Shown here: piece after piece, positions 51,001 through 64,000 of the stretch
How positions within the stretch are numbered: position 1 is the stretch's first letter
Layout of the letters: each line of letters begins with the position of its first letter
Assembly (NCBI GenBank): GCA_013265495.1
Contig: MU058636.1
Location: forward strand, 2,837,967 to 2,901,966
From: Vicugna vicugna
Lineage: Eukaryota
Length of the DNA stretch: 64,000 nt
Direction: 5' to 3'
Notes under the pieces: generated by a model
Seen by the model: the letters and a program-made list of their open reading frames with translations, nothing else
Database searches by the model: none
Told to the model about the DNA's origin: nothing
Position numbers and translations under genes: made by a program

Positions 51001-54000
51001 AGCGCAGCCCTAAGGGCTCAGTCCTGTTCAGGGTCACTCTGTCTCTGGACTTCCAGCCAGGCTAACTGAGGGGGCGGCAGGCCTGGGGGCACCTGGAAGG
51101 GAGGGTGTGATGAGTCCCTGGGGGGACCCCAGCGCTGGGCAGCAGGGGACAAACGACTCCAGCCCTTGCCGCTTTCCAGCAAGCCCCAGCTTCCCTTACG
51201 TCACCACCTCTTACTCCCAGCACATTCATAAACACCCCTCCGTCACGTTCAGACGACCCCCCAGCACGCGGGGGGAGCTCCTGACTTGAGCTGGATGGCG
51301 TAACTGCCTCCTTTACAGACATTCTTCACACCTTAAACCAGGCCTTAATTTCCCCACTGGCTGCTTTGCTGAACTATCAAGACACATCCCCTTAGGCTGA
51401 TGGATTTTTCCCTCTCTGCCAAGGTGATGAGTGTGAAAATGCTAATGCACTGCTCATCCTAACACCTGATGAGACAAAAAAACGTGCAAGTTTCTAGAGA
51501 CAGAGAAGTATAAGAAAAATGATTGTAAGGCAGCCTCTACCTTCCTGTACAGGGTGCCATGAATTCAGTCTGATTTTCCCCCAAGAAACAAGGCCTTGGT
51601 GGGATTTCATAAAGCAATACAGGCAGGATGCAAAATGCAGAAGCCACCAAAGGCTACAGATTCATGGGCAGGGGCCAGCACCCCCCACCCCCCTCACCCT
51701 GACCCTGCCATCACCACCGCCGCCCAGGAAGGCCCTGTCTCGGCTCGCAGGTTTTACAGAAGTGATCACAAGTCCTAACTTTTTTTTATACCACCCCCAA
51801 CAACTCCCAAATTTTAAAGAAAAAAGTAAATGATGTTCTTATATACTATTTAACAGAAAGCCTTCTTTTTTTTTTAACAGAAGAACTAATGAGCATGTGA
51901 ATGAATGAACCAGATACTACAGCAAAAATAAAAATCAAGTCAACTAAATGTAGTAACTCTCCATTCTCATCGTTTCTCCCCTCTGTATTTCCCTCGTGAG
52001 AAGGAACATTTAGATCAAGAAATTTCGGAGAACTTCCGGGCATTTCCACAGCATTTGCAGTGAAATGTGGGGAAACAGGACCACTTCAAAGCTTTTTGAG
52101 AAACTGATCTGCTTTGCTGTCACTCTTACCTTAAATTTCCCAATGCAAATATGTGCACTAGGCAGGAAGCCTCCACCTGGATGACAGTCAAATGCAGCCA
52201 AGGGTCGTCCCCTGACTATTCAAAGGCAAGTGGCCGAGGCCACGCCTCTGGGGTGCGCAAGGCAGATGGACCCACACCCGAGCACCCGAGATTTCCTTGG
52301 AACCAAAGTGAACCACAAGGGGGGCGCAAACACCTGCACGCCCTCGCAAACCCACGCCCTCCCGTGCCAGGTGGCATCCTGGCTTAAGGTCTTCCGGGCA
52401 GGGAGCCGTGGCACTGCCAGGCCCCGTCCCTCTGCACAGCCCCCCCTTAATTAAAGGCGCTGACACCCCGTCTTCTGTCAAGAACGTCCCGACTGAAAGA
52501 GAACAAGCAGCAGCTTCTCCTCTCCGAGCCCAGCTCGCTTCACTCTGCTTCACTCTGCACAAAGTCACAGCCTGGGCCCCTGCGCTCCAAACCCTCCAGA
52601 GGCCAAGGCTTAACCCTTGCCCCGCCGACCCTAATTAGAGCCCGCATTCCTTCACCACCAGGCAACGTTCTCAACTCGTTTTACACGTTTAACCCTCAGC
52701 ACAGCCTCCGAGTCGGGACTGTTCTTTCCCACTTTCACAAGCGGGGAACGGAGGCAAGGAGCTGCAGGCGGCGGCGCCTGGCGGCACTGAAGTGGAGCCC
52801 GGGTGGGGGCGCGGAGTCCTGCCCCTTCCTGCTGCTATCTCTGCTCCTCCTGCTTCTCTGGCGGGGGCTCCACCTCTGCACCCTCTCACCACTTCTCATC
52901 TGCACTCGGTGGCGGTGGGTGGCGGGCAGATAACCCAGTCCCGCCCGTCCCAGCCCCAGGGCACCCAAGTCAACGCCCTGGGACAGCAAGACATCTCTGG
53001 GCATCTACTCAACACCAGGCACTGCTCCCGGTCCCAGAGCCGCAAAGGTGACTACACCCAGGCCTGGTCTCGGGTCTCCTTGATGAGGTCCGGTTCCAGC
53101 AGCTTATAGATGCTGGCTACTCAGAGAACCTGGAAGCTGTCCCCAGACCTTCACACACAGCCCTGTGGGCCAGTGAGCTCCCGGGCAGGCAGGGGAATCT
53201 GTGTGCCCACACCTGTATCGATGGTCTAGACCCCTGAGGTCTGACTTTAGGATGTGAAAGGCACCATTACATCATGCAAACGTCACTTACACAAAAGTAT
53301 TCCTCTTCTCCATCCTAACCCCCTGCCCCGGCTGCCTGTCTGTCTCACCTGCCTGCGTGGACCTACCTAGACGGTTTTCAGGTGTTAACGGAGGGGTGAC
53401 AGCAATAACCAAGAAGTGACACACACAGCACAACAGAAACAGCTCCTGTTTTGTGTGCTACGTTTCCAGAAACAAAATACAACACAGTCTTGCCCTTAGG
53501 TTTACATTTTTATTTTTATTAGTGGGGGAACAGAGCCAGCAGCCCCCAAGAAGCTCCAAATCTCCCACCAATCTAGAGGCTCCCCAGGGTGATTCAGCAC
53601 GAACTCCCATGCAGATCCTCAAGGCAGACAGGTTAGCAGGCCGCCTAGAGCAATAGGAAAGTGCTTCCATTCGCGGGAGGTGTGTTCCCAGACTCACCGC
53701 CCCGAGCGGTTTACGGTGGCCACGCCCTTGCTGTGACTCATCAGGCCACAGACCTGACAGTCTTTCGGTAATCAGGCTCTAATCCTAGCACAAATTACAC
53801 CTGATAATTTTCAAAATTCTGATTGCATCAAACTCTGAGACTAGCAAGACGGTCTTCCCAGTTCAATACAGACTATTCAAAGAATTAATGAATGTTTTTG
53901 CCCAGTATCTCCCAAGTTAGCCCTCTAGGGAGAAAGAAATGTCTTCCAACAAAGGTTAAAAACAAACTAACAAAAAACCAAACCAGCTGCTAGAAATTTG

Positions 54001-55989
54001 AGGTTATAGATTCATGGGGGATACGTTATACAATTACAATTGCAGATTATCCCCAATTTCACATAATATCAACATAGACAACAGCCTAAAGTCAAGTTCA
54101 TGAGGATTCTTCTTGCACACTAACATTTGGTAACATTTGTAACTTATAGAGGAATGTTTAAAAGACTGTAAATTAAGTACTCTGAATTCTCACAATAAAA
54201 GCATTGAGAAGCATAGTAAATAAGCCACGAGAAACTGGGACAGGCACTTGTACATTGTTTCAATGAGCTCCACAATGTATCGTGCTCTGGTTTTGTTGTC
54301 CCTGTGCTCTTGTGCCACAGAATCAACTCCCTTGATTTACTATTGTTTTAAGAATTACATACACAGGCTTGTCACTTAAAGAATATTTATTTTCTAAGCA
54401 AAAAAAAACCAAACCACTTCTCAAACAAGGCTTAAATTTACATAAAATCCAGTCAACCTCTTCAAGGAGAACTATTTAACGGTATGATTGCTACAGCTAA
54501 TATTATATTTTCAACACCCCATTCAATTTTAATCCACCAGACCCGAGAGTCCAAAAATTAATATTTCTATTAATATCAATAAAAACGTGTACTTTCTCCC
54601 CCTTCATCCCACAAATCCTCAGCTCCAAGAGGGAAGGCTCACCTTTCAGATGGATTCTTCCTTAAATCACATCAAATAAAATAAACTCAAAAAGAGTCAA
54701 AGCTCTGAAGCTAACAAATGTTTGGGCCATCTCTGAAAAAAATCCCACACAGCCTGACCTAGCCACATTCAAAACACCAGCGTGTGAGGTCAGCTCAGGA
54801 CAGAGCTGCCCAGGTTTGCATCAGCAGCAAACCACACCGGGAATCACACAGATCCCACCTTGTGCCCCTTTGCCTTCTTGGGACTCAGCACAGAATAATG
54901 TCCACTTCAGCCAGAAACCCTCCACTCACCACAAAAAGAAACCTCTACCCTCCAGCTGTCTTTGTCCAAACCGGAGTGGGCAGGGGTAACTCCCACACCC
55001 TGGGATGTTAAGTTTCAGCACACCAAGGAGGAGGGGAAGGTGGGCCTGAAGGCCAACACGCCCAGGCCCACCTGTGTTTGCAAACGGCAGGCCGCCCCCG
55101 GAACTTTCTATAACGCAACAGGAAAGAGTAACAATTATCAGCCTGCACTCGCAGGTACAAGAAGGAGCTTCATTCAGTCTGTATATAAACAGTGCACCTG
55201 ATCAAAGTGTCAGTATATTTATTGTAGACTGAAGCCAAAGACGCCTGGCAGCCACCACCCTCAGGAGAGCCAGGGCGTGGGCACCAGCAGCCCTGCCCCA
55301 GCACAGCCTGAACACAGCCACCCCAAGGAGCTTCCAGAACCCCGTGTGGATGCGGCCCTGACACCTGAGTCCTGCATCCTTCCAAAGGAGGAACAAAAAC
55401 TATCTCCCCGGGAGAGGTCCGGGCTGCTGTAACACGGGATCACTGAGACCCGGCCTGTTTTCAAACTAACCTATATTTTGGGTAAGGATGAGATGCTGCA
55501 TTTCTAAAGAATTCTAAAAATCAGAAACAGGGCGATGTACAGCCTCCTGGTACATGCTTAGCAGTGCTGATGGTCAAAGATGAGAAATCCTAAGCAAATT
55601 AGGCAAAAATTCTCAACAGGGGAGGTCAAGCTGGCGCAATGGTACACCAGCCAGAGTATGTGAGAAGTTGTCACCTTACCCCACCGTGAGGGTGCCTAGT
55701 AACCAACACAGGAAAAGCTTCTTAACATCCCAATACCCTAATTTCAACATGACCGGATTATTCCAAAAATAGAAACATCACAGTCACTCATTCGCAGTAT
55801 GCTTTACACCAAAGTACAAAATGGGGCACGTGTTCGTACAAAAAAAAAAAAAAAACCAAACAAACAAAAAAACCCCAAATTGAGATGCAAGGGCAGAATT
55901 ACAACAGAAATGTAAATAACTCATTGTTCTGTGCACTTCCCAGAATTATGCTATTTAGCTCAGACATTCTCCCTTTAAAATATACTGCC

Positions 55990-56075
55990 TTTCACAAACT
56001 ACAAAAACAAGTATCTGTTGAGCACTAGTTCAGGTGTTACACACCCAGCAGTGAACAAAACAAAGCCTGATTTTA
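55990..56075 (-). mobile_element. L2 3' end fragment
   Basis: aacaagtatctgttgagcact...cagcagtgaacaaaacaaag. Confidence 0.55.
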
Positions 56076-56448
56076 ACATGGTTTTCTTTCTGTGCAAATA
56101 CATCCACCTCATTAAGATAACACAGAATGTGGAAAATTGCCTCCAGATCTTTTTCACTTTTACCAGCAAAGTTTTTCCCATAATCAAATGTTCCTTGAAA
56201 ACATCCCTTTTATTGGCTATATAATATTCTACCACAGATGGTGTCATCACTTATCAAAAGGTTTTTCTACATGCTCAACCACCAGCAGATAAAAACACAA
56301 AGGAGGGACACAGTTAAACTCAGAACGTTAGACTCAGATTCAGGACCATAAAGAGGGGAAAAGGAAGATACAACCTTACCGTGGATCACAGACCCCGGGC
56401 CGTGGACAGGAGCGCAGTCACACCCTCCCCGTGGGCCACGTTAAGGCC

Positions 56449-56580
56449 NNNNNNNNNNNNNNNNNNNNNNNNNNNNNNNNNNNNNNNNNNNNNNNNNNNN
56501 NNNNNNNNNNNNNNNNNNNNNNNNNNNNNNNNNNNNNNNNNNNNNNNNNNNNNNNNNNNNNNNNNNNNNNNNNNNNNNNN
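56449..56580. other. Assembly gap (132 N)
   Basis: Run of N. Confidence 1.
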
Positions 56581-57679
56581 TCTTTGAAGAGCAGCCTCCA
56601 GTCCTGGCCTGGCCAGGTTAGGGGTTCCGTGGCCCCAGCAGGGTGCGCAGAGCCTGGGCGGCTGCCCACGGCGGTCCCTCCCCGGGCCAGCTCCTTCAAG
56701 GAGAAGGTCTGGTGCAGGAGAAGAAAAAACAAACACATGGAAAAATACTTGGGGCTTTTGATCATGACCTTCAGAGGCCCCTTTCCACATACGGCACAGA
56801 TTTCACAGCTCAGGGAAACTGAGGTACAAACGATGGGGTTCCATGGACAACGTAGTCACAAAACCGGTCCAGGAACCAGCCGCCCTCGGTGAAGACCCCA
56901 TCCAGGCCAGGAGATAATGCAGCCCCTCAGATGCTGCTGGTGATGACAAGGGGGACGGTGGCTTTGAGAAGTGAAACTCGTAAGCAAGGTCCACACGCTT
57001 CATGCCACAGGCTGAAACCTTCCCTTGGGAACTTGTGGGCAGCGCAGTCGCTAATAAGAAGCAAACTTCACAGCTTTGAATTCCTCCTCCTTTCCCCACT
57101 GGCCCACCCGTAGGGGCCCAGAGGTTCCACAGCCCGTGAAACAACCAGGAGCTGGTCTCCAAGGGGCCGGGGCCTTTCTCCCCATCAGGGCCCAGGCCCA
57201 TCCCTACCCTCCACTTAGCCTAGGAAGCCAGGGGTATATGTCAGACAAGAGAGAACCTGCAACACTTCTTTTCAAGTCCTGAACAAGTTCTGGGTGGATC
57301 TCCACCCTTCCCCACCCCGAGGGGTTAAGTTCGCCAGCTCAAGTGGGCAAGCGCCCAGGCGGTGGGCAGGGGCGGAAAGCCGTCCAGACAGGGCGCCCGC
57401 CTCTCCCGCCGCCCGGGGCCTCGCTGGAAGCTCCCGCCCTGCGGGCTCAGGGCGGGTCTGGGGGGCCCCGTCACCACCCCCTGCAGCCCTCCAAGCTGAC
57501 GGGGGCCCCCCAGACCCGCCCTGAGGGGGCGCAGGAATTACAGGTGGTATTTACTTCTTCCTTCTTTTCCTTTTCTGTACTTTCCAAATTTTTCACGATG
57601 CATATTCTAACTTTTAGGAACATTTTTTCTTAAAGAGGCTTCTGAGATAGAAAACTGGACCCCCCCCCAAAAAAATGCA

Positions 57680-58030
57680 CATATAGGTAAAGGACATCAT
57701 TTGGACAACTGTAAGTTGAATATGGACTGTGGACTGGAATACAATGTCGTATCAATGTTAAATTTCCTGATTTTGAGGTCATGCTGCAGTCACATAAGAG
57801 AATGTCCTTATTCTTTGGACACACACCGAAGCACGCGGGGCGTATCAAAGGGCTTCATGTCTTCCACTCACTCTCAAATGGCTGAGGAACAAAACGTGTG
57901 GATATATGTGTAGACAGATGAACTGACTGTCAGGAAAACAGAAAGAACCGAAGGAGCAGAATGTAAACAGCTGGTAAATTTGAAAAAATTGAGGAGCTCC
58001 TTGTAACTCCTGCAACTTTACTTTCCAAGG
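57680..58030 (+). mobile_element. Old L1M (L1MC4/5-type) 3'UTR fragment
   Basis: aaaggacatcatttggacaactg...gaatatggactg...gtatcaatgttaaatttcctgatttt...agagaatgtccttattctt...actctcaaatggct. Confidence 0.75.
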
Positions 58031-58939
58031 GAAGGAAGAAAGGAGGTGAAGATGAAAGAAGAAAGGCAGGAAGGGGGGTACACAGGTCAGTATCCACAGC
58101 CTCACTGAGAGGCCGAGGCCACGGCCGCAGGCGCCCTGCCTGCGCGCAGTCTCTCCTGGGGAGACGGCTCTCGCCGCTATGCGGGCTCAGACAGTGGCCT
58201 CCAAGGTTTCTGAGCGTGTCAAAGAAGCATCTTCCAAGGCAGGAGACCCCTCCCCACCTCCTCGCACTACAGACATCAGCAAAGCAAGATCAGGGGCAGG
58301 ACCACTGCCTGTGGCCTTGAGGAGAAGGGGTACCAGGAAGGGAGCCGCTGATCCCCAGAGCCCAGTTCCCACAAGACCCCCTGCAAAGGCTCCTCCCCCC
58401 ACCGGGGGTGGAGGTGGAGATGGAGGAGGTGGAGGAGGTGGAGCGCAGAGATGACAGACGCAGATAAATGAAACAGGGCTCCCCCGCGGCCCAGGCAGGA
58501 AGTTCCACGTCCAGCCGTCCAGCCGGCTCCGGTGATGCGGATGCCAAACTACTGACCCAGAAAGAACGCAGCCCACGCTCGGTCACACACACCATTTCCC
58601 AGTTCAGGCCACCGGCCAGCACAGCTGTCCCAGGGACACCAGAGCTCCAGTTGTGCCCAGAGCCCAGGGCTCTGCTGCCAGGGCCCAGAGAGAAAAAGAT
58701 GTGCGTTCAAAAGAATCGGGGCAAAAGGAGAAAAAGAGCTGGGTGCTGTCCAGCGGTGGACGGCCGGCTCCCACACGTCTAGGGCTTGCTCAGAGCAAAG
58801 AGCGGTGAGGGGCCCCGCATCTTCAGGCCTGTGTGCCCGGCTCAGGGCCTGGCGCGCCCCGGGCACATGGAGCACGGCCCCAGTAGTGGCCAGAGCCCCG
58901 GGTGCAGTCCACAGCCCTAAACACCCCTGGTGCTGGGAC

Positions 58940-59140
58940 TTGGGAGCCAGACCTCAGGGTGTAAATCCTCTTTCTGTCACTTACTCCTGACCCCTGCTCC
59001 CCACCCCCCAGCAACTTGTGTCACTCCTCAGCGCCTCCATCACCCCATCGGCCAAACAGCAGTACTAACCTGAACGGGCGGCCATGAGGGTGAAATGAAA
59101 ACACAGACAGTGCCGAACACGTGGTGAGTACTACCAAGTG
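58940..59140 (+). mobile_element. MIR SINE
   Basis: ggagccagacct...aaatcct...cacttact...atgagggtgaaatga...agtgccgaacacgtggtgagtact. Confidence 0.65.
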
Positions 59141-60064
59141 CCTGTGAGTCTGGCCTTTACTCAGCCCCAGGGCCTCTCCCTTCCTTCCTACGTGGTGTAA
59201 GAGACTTTGGCTAATGGTAATCAGTAGGCCGATAAGAAGATACAGAGAAAGAGATCATTTCCAAGCCGATCTTAAAAGGTCATCCCGAGCATCCTCGTGG
59301 GAGGGAAGATAGCAGCGACAACAGTGATGAAACACCCCTCCCCGCTCACTGCTGCCCCCGCCCCCCCAAAAGGGGTCCGCAGGGCCCCTCAAGGAAGGGG
59401 TGGGAAAAGATGGCATACAGAGATGGCCCAAGTTTAAAAAACCCAAAGGCCTCAGGGTAATTTGGACAAAATGTTTGGGGTCAGGATTACTATGTAACCC
59501 GAGTGTCACAGAGACACACGCACACACTGTCATTCGCGTGCACACACACACATGCGCACAGACACAGGCAGGCAAGCGCCGAGGAGGGGGCCATGAGCTC
59601 TGCTTCCCGGAGGTGTGTGGATCTGAGACCTGAGGGACCTGCCCCCACACCCGGGGGGCACTCAGTCCTCAGAGAGTGAAGGGCTTCAAGGTCCCCCGGC
59701 AGTCAGAACACAGCCCCAGACTGAGGTCCTTCCGCAAGGCCCCTTCCCATTGCAGCAAGAAGGCCACAGAACACCCTTCAGGACCCCAATGGTGAAAGGA
59801 CAGTGGTGAAGAGAGCCCCCCGGGACTAAAAGAACAAGAGTCTCACCCAGAGAGACCCTGGACCCAGGTCCACATGTGCCTCAGAGGCTCCAGTACCGCC
59901 CCCTGACACCGCGGCACCACACCCACCCCCTGCAGCGCAGACACAACTCCAAGGAGAAGGGGCCACATTTTAACACCTTGGCAAAAACGGGAGAGCAAAT
60001 TACAGCTGTCACAGATTTTATTTTTCTCCACATCTAAATCAAAGAACTGAGCTTCCGTTCCAAC

Positions 60065-60250
60065 ATAATAGCTAACGTTTGTTAGGCGCTCAGGATGTGC
60101 CAGAAGCTGTTAAGCGTAGAACTTGGATTATTGCCTCATTTAAATCCTCTCGACCTATAAGGCAGGCACTCGGAGCCAATCACCATGCAGTCAATGTGGA
60201 AAAGAAGTGAAATGCGGCTCTGAGAAATAGCTTAGGAGAGGCGCTTATCC
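60065..60250 (-). mobile_element. MIR SINE
   Basis: ataatagctaacgtttgttaggcgct...tgtgccag...ctcatttaaatcctc. Confidence 0.65.
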
Positions 60251-61899
60251 TAGCAAGTGGAGCCCGCTCTGGGGCCCGGCCCTTTCCGCAGGAGGGCCCA
60301 TGGCGTGTCCCTCAACCCCGCGGTGCATGGCCCGTCGGAGTGCGGGTGGCCCCGGGGGCAGATCCTGCTCCCCGGGAGGCCCGAGTCAGCACGGCTACGA
60401 CACAGAGCTCACTGCGCTCGGAGCGTGCGTGCTGAGCACAGGACCCTGTCCTACACAACTGGAAAAATACTCGGTTGTCCTCACATTCAAGAACCTTATC
60501 TACATGAATATTTGGAAGAAGGCACTGCGGCAGGAACATAATGTTTAGGAATCAACTGCCCACGGCCTCCGTGCCTCCGGAGGGAAAAGGTGACTCAGGA
60601 AAAAGGGAGACGATGTGGAAATACACACTGTCCTACTAAGCGAAGGACATTCTTCCTCCCACCTCCAGATGACCCACCTCTCCATAGCCTTTAAAGGCTT
60701 CCCTGAGCTTGGATTTCTGGTTGCCATTAGAGGAGTAGTAGGCTGGCAGCGGAAAGAACCTATTCCATGAAAGAATCTACATGTACTGGCTCCAGTACCT
60801 TTATTCTTTCACATTATTTGTTTCATCGTCACAAGGCTGAGGGAAGGCTTCCCCAGCCTATAGGCAGAGCAAGTCTCCAGGGTTCTGAAAGTTTAAGCGA
60901 CTTTCTGGAGGCTGCACCCTCAGACGGCCGCAAAGCCCGCACTCCAGGAGCCCCTGGGAGGTGCTGTTCCCGGCACCGGGACCACCTGCCCTCCGCCTCT
61001 GGAAGCAGCATCCTTGTTTCAGGGCGATGATCTCAGGCTGCACTGAAGCTGTGAACCCTCTGCTCCACACAGCTCTACCTCCAGTTTGCACGGTTTGTTC
61101 ACCACCCGGCAGTCCCCACTGCTAACGACAATAACCGGAGGAAAAGCCAAGTGAAAGACTGGAGTGCGGCAGGATGGGGGACTGTATGCCGGAATCTGTT
61201 CCAACGTGCAGAGCCTGTGTCCCCTGAGGAATGAATCCTGACCAGTGGGTGAGGCAAACAGCTCCACCCGCTGCTCTGCAGATGTGGCAGATCTGAAGGA
61301 ATGCCTTCGGAGGGAAACGAAAATGGTTAGCAGTCCACCAGATCCTTTTACCAATTTGTTGCCCATCCCTCCAGCAGATTCACAGGTGGCAAATGCAGTA
61401 AACCCCCCCATGGTAAATTGTGATTGACTTTGAACAAGTGCAGGGGAAGTTATTTTCGAAGCTGCCTTGCAGTTGGGAGAGGGCGATAGGGATTAGGGAG
61501 AAAGAAAAGCCACCGACGTTTACCACAAGGCTGACCATCTGCCATGAAACATGCTACCGCTCTATTCTTTGACTGGAAGAGACCTAAAACCTTGGCCTGG
61601 GATCCAATGCCTGGGGCCTCAGGCCCAAGAAACCCCTGGAATGCAGGAGCCTTGATGGCCAGGAATGAAAAAGCAGGCACACCCCTGGCTTTAAGTCCCC
61701 ATTCCAGCCATGGGACAAACCCATGGCCAAGATGCCCACGGGAGGGCACAGGGGAGCAGAGGGAGGCTGCGGGTAGGAGGCCAGAGCTGCATGAAAGGGC
61801 CGTGAAAAGGGCAGAGGCCCCACCAGGAGCAGGAGGCTGCAAGAGGGGAGGGCTGGCTCGACCCTGTCCCTTGAGGATGGAAGCACCTAAAAAAAGTCA

Positions 61900-62280
61900 G
61901 TTACGACTTTTAAGATGTCCATCCCCACATGCTCTCTCCCCAGCCTCACTAACACTCTGCTCCACTTTGAGTCACATTCAGCTACCTTCAAACCTCACGT
62001 GGAATCCACCAGCCAACCCTGCTGACTCTACCTTTAAAATCTGCAGATAGAGCAAGTCCACAGCCTGCAGCGGGAGCACAACTCAACGGGCTGACGTGTC
62101 TGCCATTTCCACCCCAGTCCAAGCTGCCATCCTCTCTCACGGAAATGACATGCGGTCACTCTCTCGGGTGGAAATCAGTTGGGCTGGGGTTTTATTCCAG
62201 ACTTTAGTTAGGACCAGTCTCTGAACTGGCCTCCCTGTTTCGACACCTGCCCCTCTCCCCCCCTCCTCCACAGGGCCTCT
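61900..62280 (+). mobile_element. L2 fragment
   Basis: ctgactctacctttaaaat...ccaccccagtccaagctgccatcctctctcac...ctgaactggcctccctg. Confidence 0.65.
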
Positions 62281-63749
62281 GAAGTTATCCCTAAACTCCC
62301 TGACAGCCTCCCATGACCCCTCGCCTCATGGCCCACGGGACCCAACTGGAGCAGACAGTGGTGGGAGCCCCAGGCTGGAGGGGCCAAGCATACAGAAGAA
62401 CATCAGGGCCCTGTCCGCAGGGCCTGCTTGGAGTGAGGACCAGGAGCCAGGTGGGAGGATGGACATCTCAGAAGACGCCTCTGGCCCAGAGGAAAATGTT
62501 TCTCTCTGTAACAAGGACACACTTATTCCTGTTTCAAATTCCGCTCTGGGGTTAATAAACCAATACCTCCAAATATATAGTTAATAATGAAAGGGATTAA
62601 TTCAATTAGACATAATGCCAGGCCCTCCAACATAATTACATATTTCTACTGGCCTTAGTAGAAAAGAAACTACACACTAGAACAGTCAGTAAACATGTGT
62701 TTAATTCCATCAAAGATTGGAAGATTATACCAAATATAATTAACATGTGTCTTAAAATTCAAACTCCCCGAGATCAGCAATCTCATCCTTCAAGCCTTTT
62801 TTCCTCTGAAGCAAATAATTATATTCATAAGAGTACTCATGTGGTTCAACTCAGATATAAACAACTTGAGTACATTTCTGATCTCTATTAAGTCTCATCC
62901 TGTTTTGTAAGTCAAAACTCCTTTGACACTTTAAACTTCTCTGTAATAATTAAACATGATCTTAATATGATAAACTTTGAAAAACTATTTTAATCCATTG
63001 TTGACTTTGTCCTCTAAATTTCTAATCTGACTATATGACTTAAGTAAGACCTTTTGTTTTAATGACAAAAGGGTGTGTTCATATAAAAATAATAATTTCC
63101 ACTGAGACCAACTAAAAATATCAGGGGGATAAATGTATCATGGTTTCCTATCGTCTAAGCCAAACACATGTGGCAAGAAATGTTAAGATAAATCCCAAAG
63201 AAATGATTATTAAAATTAAACACGATTAGGAAATTCAGCTAGAGGCCAACATACACAGTTCTATTGGGCAAACTTTGAAGAGCTCATTTTAGGAAAATTC
63301 CCAACCCTCTCCTCTGTTAACAAACCTGGAACAAAACCCAAGTCCAGGTTACTTCTACACACGAGAGCCTGCCGGTGAGTCTGGGAACTGTAGTTTTCCT
63401 TCCAGAAGTCACATGTCTGGCTATCCTAATCACACAAGTCGAACGCAAGCCCTATCTAGTTCCCACAGCCACTGAAAAGGGGAAGGAGCTAAAGCAGCTC
63501 GCGGTGGTAGCACTACCAGAGCAAGTGCTGCTGTGTACACACGGCTTTTAGAATGACTGCGTGACCTGCCTGGCCTGGGAACTTTCGTAGGAAAGAACAC
63601 GCAGAGCACAGGCTGTCTTGGGGAAGTCGGAAGAACTTCCTCCCACGACACACCATCTGGAAAGCTTGAAAGATCCCACCCTTTACGGGCCAAATCGGGT
63701 CACGAGGAAGCCCACCCAGGGGAAATTCCCATAAGTAACCCCAGCGACC

Positions 63750-64000
63750 CAGACTAGAGGTGTAGATGGGCCGGGGTGGGTCCGTAGGTCTAGGGAGCAA
63801 GAGAGGTGGGCGCCGCGGCCAGCGTGCGGGGTGCGCTGCGAGGTCCCCTGCCCGCCACCTGCCGCGGGACCACCCTGCCGCCACCGGGGGGGCTCCCGAC
63901 ACGCGGCGGATGACACATCGTGGACCTCGTGGCGGGGCGGGGTGCTCCGCTCCGCGCCATGTAAGGGAAGGTCTCCAGATGCCTGCCGGCCCGGCGCCCG
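63750..64000. promoter_or_regulatory. SLC7A1: Edge of the CpG island flanking SLC7A1 exon 1 and promoter
   Basis: Sharp rise in GC and CpG content, GC box ggggcgggg at 63934-63942. No exon-1 donor seen inside the window. Confidence 0.7.

Noticed and set aside
58403-58443. G-run tracts with quadruplex potential (also 44433-44449)
   Set aside because: Common in GC-rich introns, with nothing linking them to function.

Overview
Mammalian genomic DNA, most likely a camelid: it carries a Vic-1-like tRNA-derived SINE and a cetartiodactyl-type L1 3' end. The window holds almost all of SLC7A1 (CAT-1, the high-affinity cationic amino acid transporter) on the minus strand. Eleven coding exons between 20292 and 5506, all with GT-AG junctions, sum to 1890 nt, giving an intact 629-aa ORF. 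There is also a 103-nt non-coding exon 2 (30545-30647), a 3'UTR of about 4.75 kb ending at an AATAAA (762-767), and about 33 kb of intron 1 running into a CpG-rich edge at 64000. Exon 1 and the promoter probably lie just past the window. The rest is intronic DNA with old repeats (MIR, L2, L1M, MLT1D, MER20, MER58, Charlie1, MADE2), two minisatellites and two N gaps. Nearly all ORFs in the supplied track are GC-rich noise. I found no convincing new gene or multi-component system. The best leads are regulatory: a non-canonical, 3'-heavy miR-122 site in the 3'UTR, a tight cluster of ATF4/C-EBP (CARE) motifs in intron 1, a candidate proximal poly(A) site, and an open upstream frame overlapping the start codon. 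Repeat and orthologue comparisons were made from memory and by eye, not by database search.
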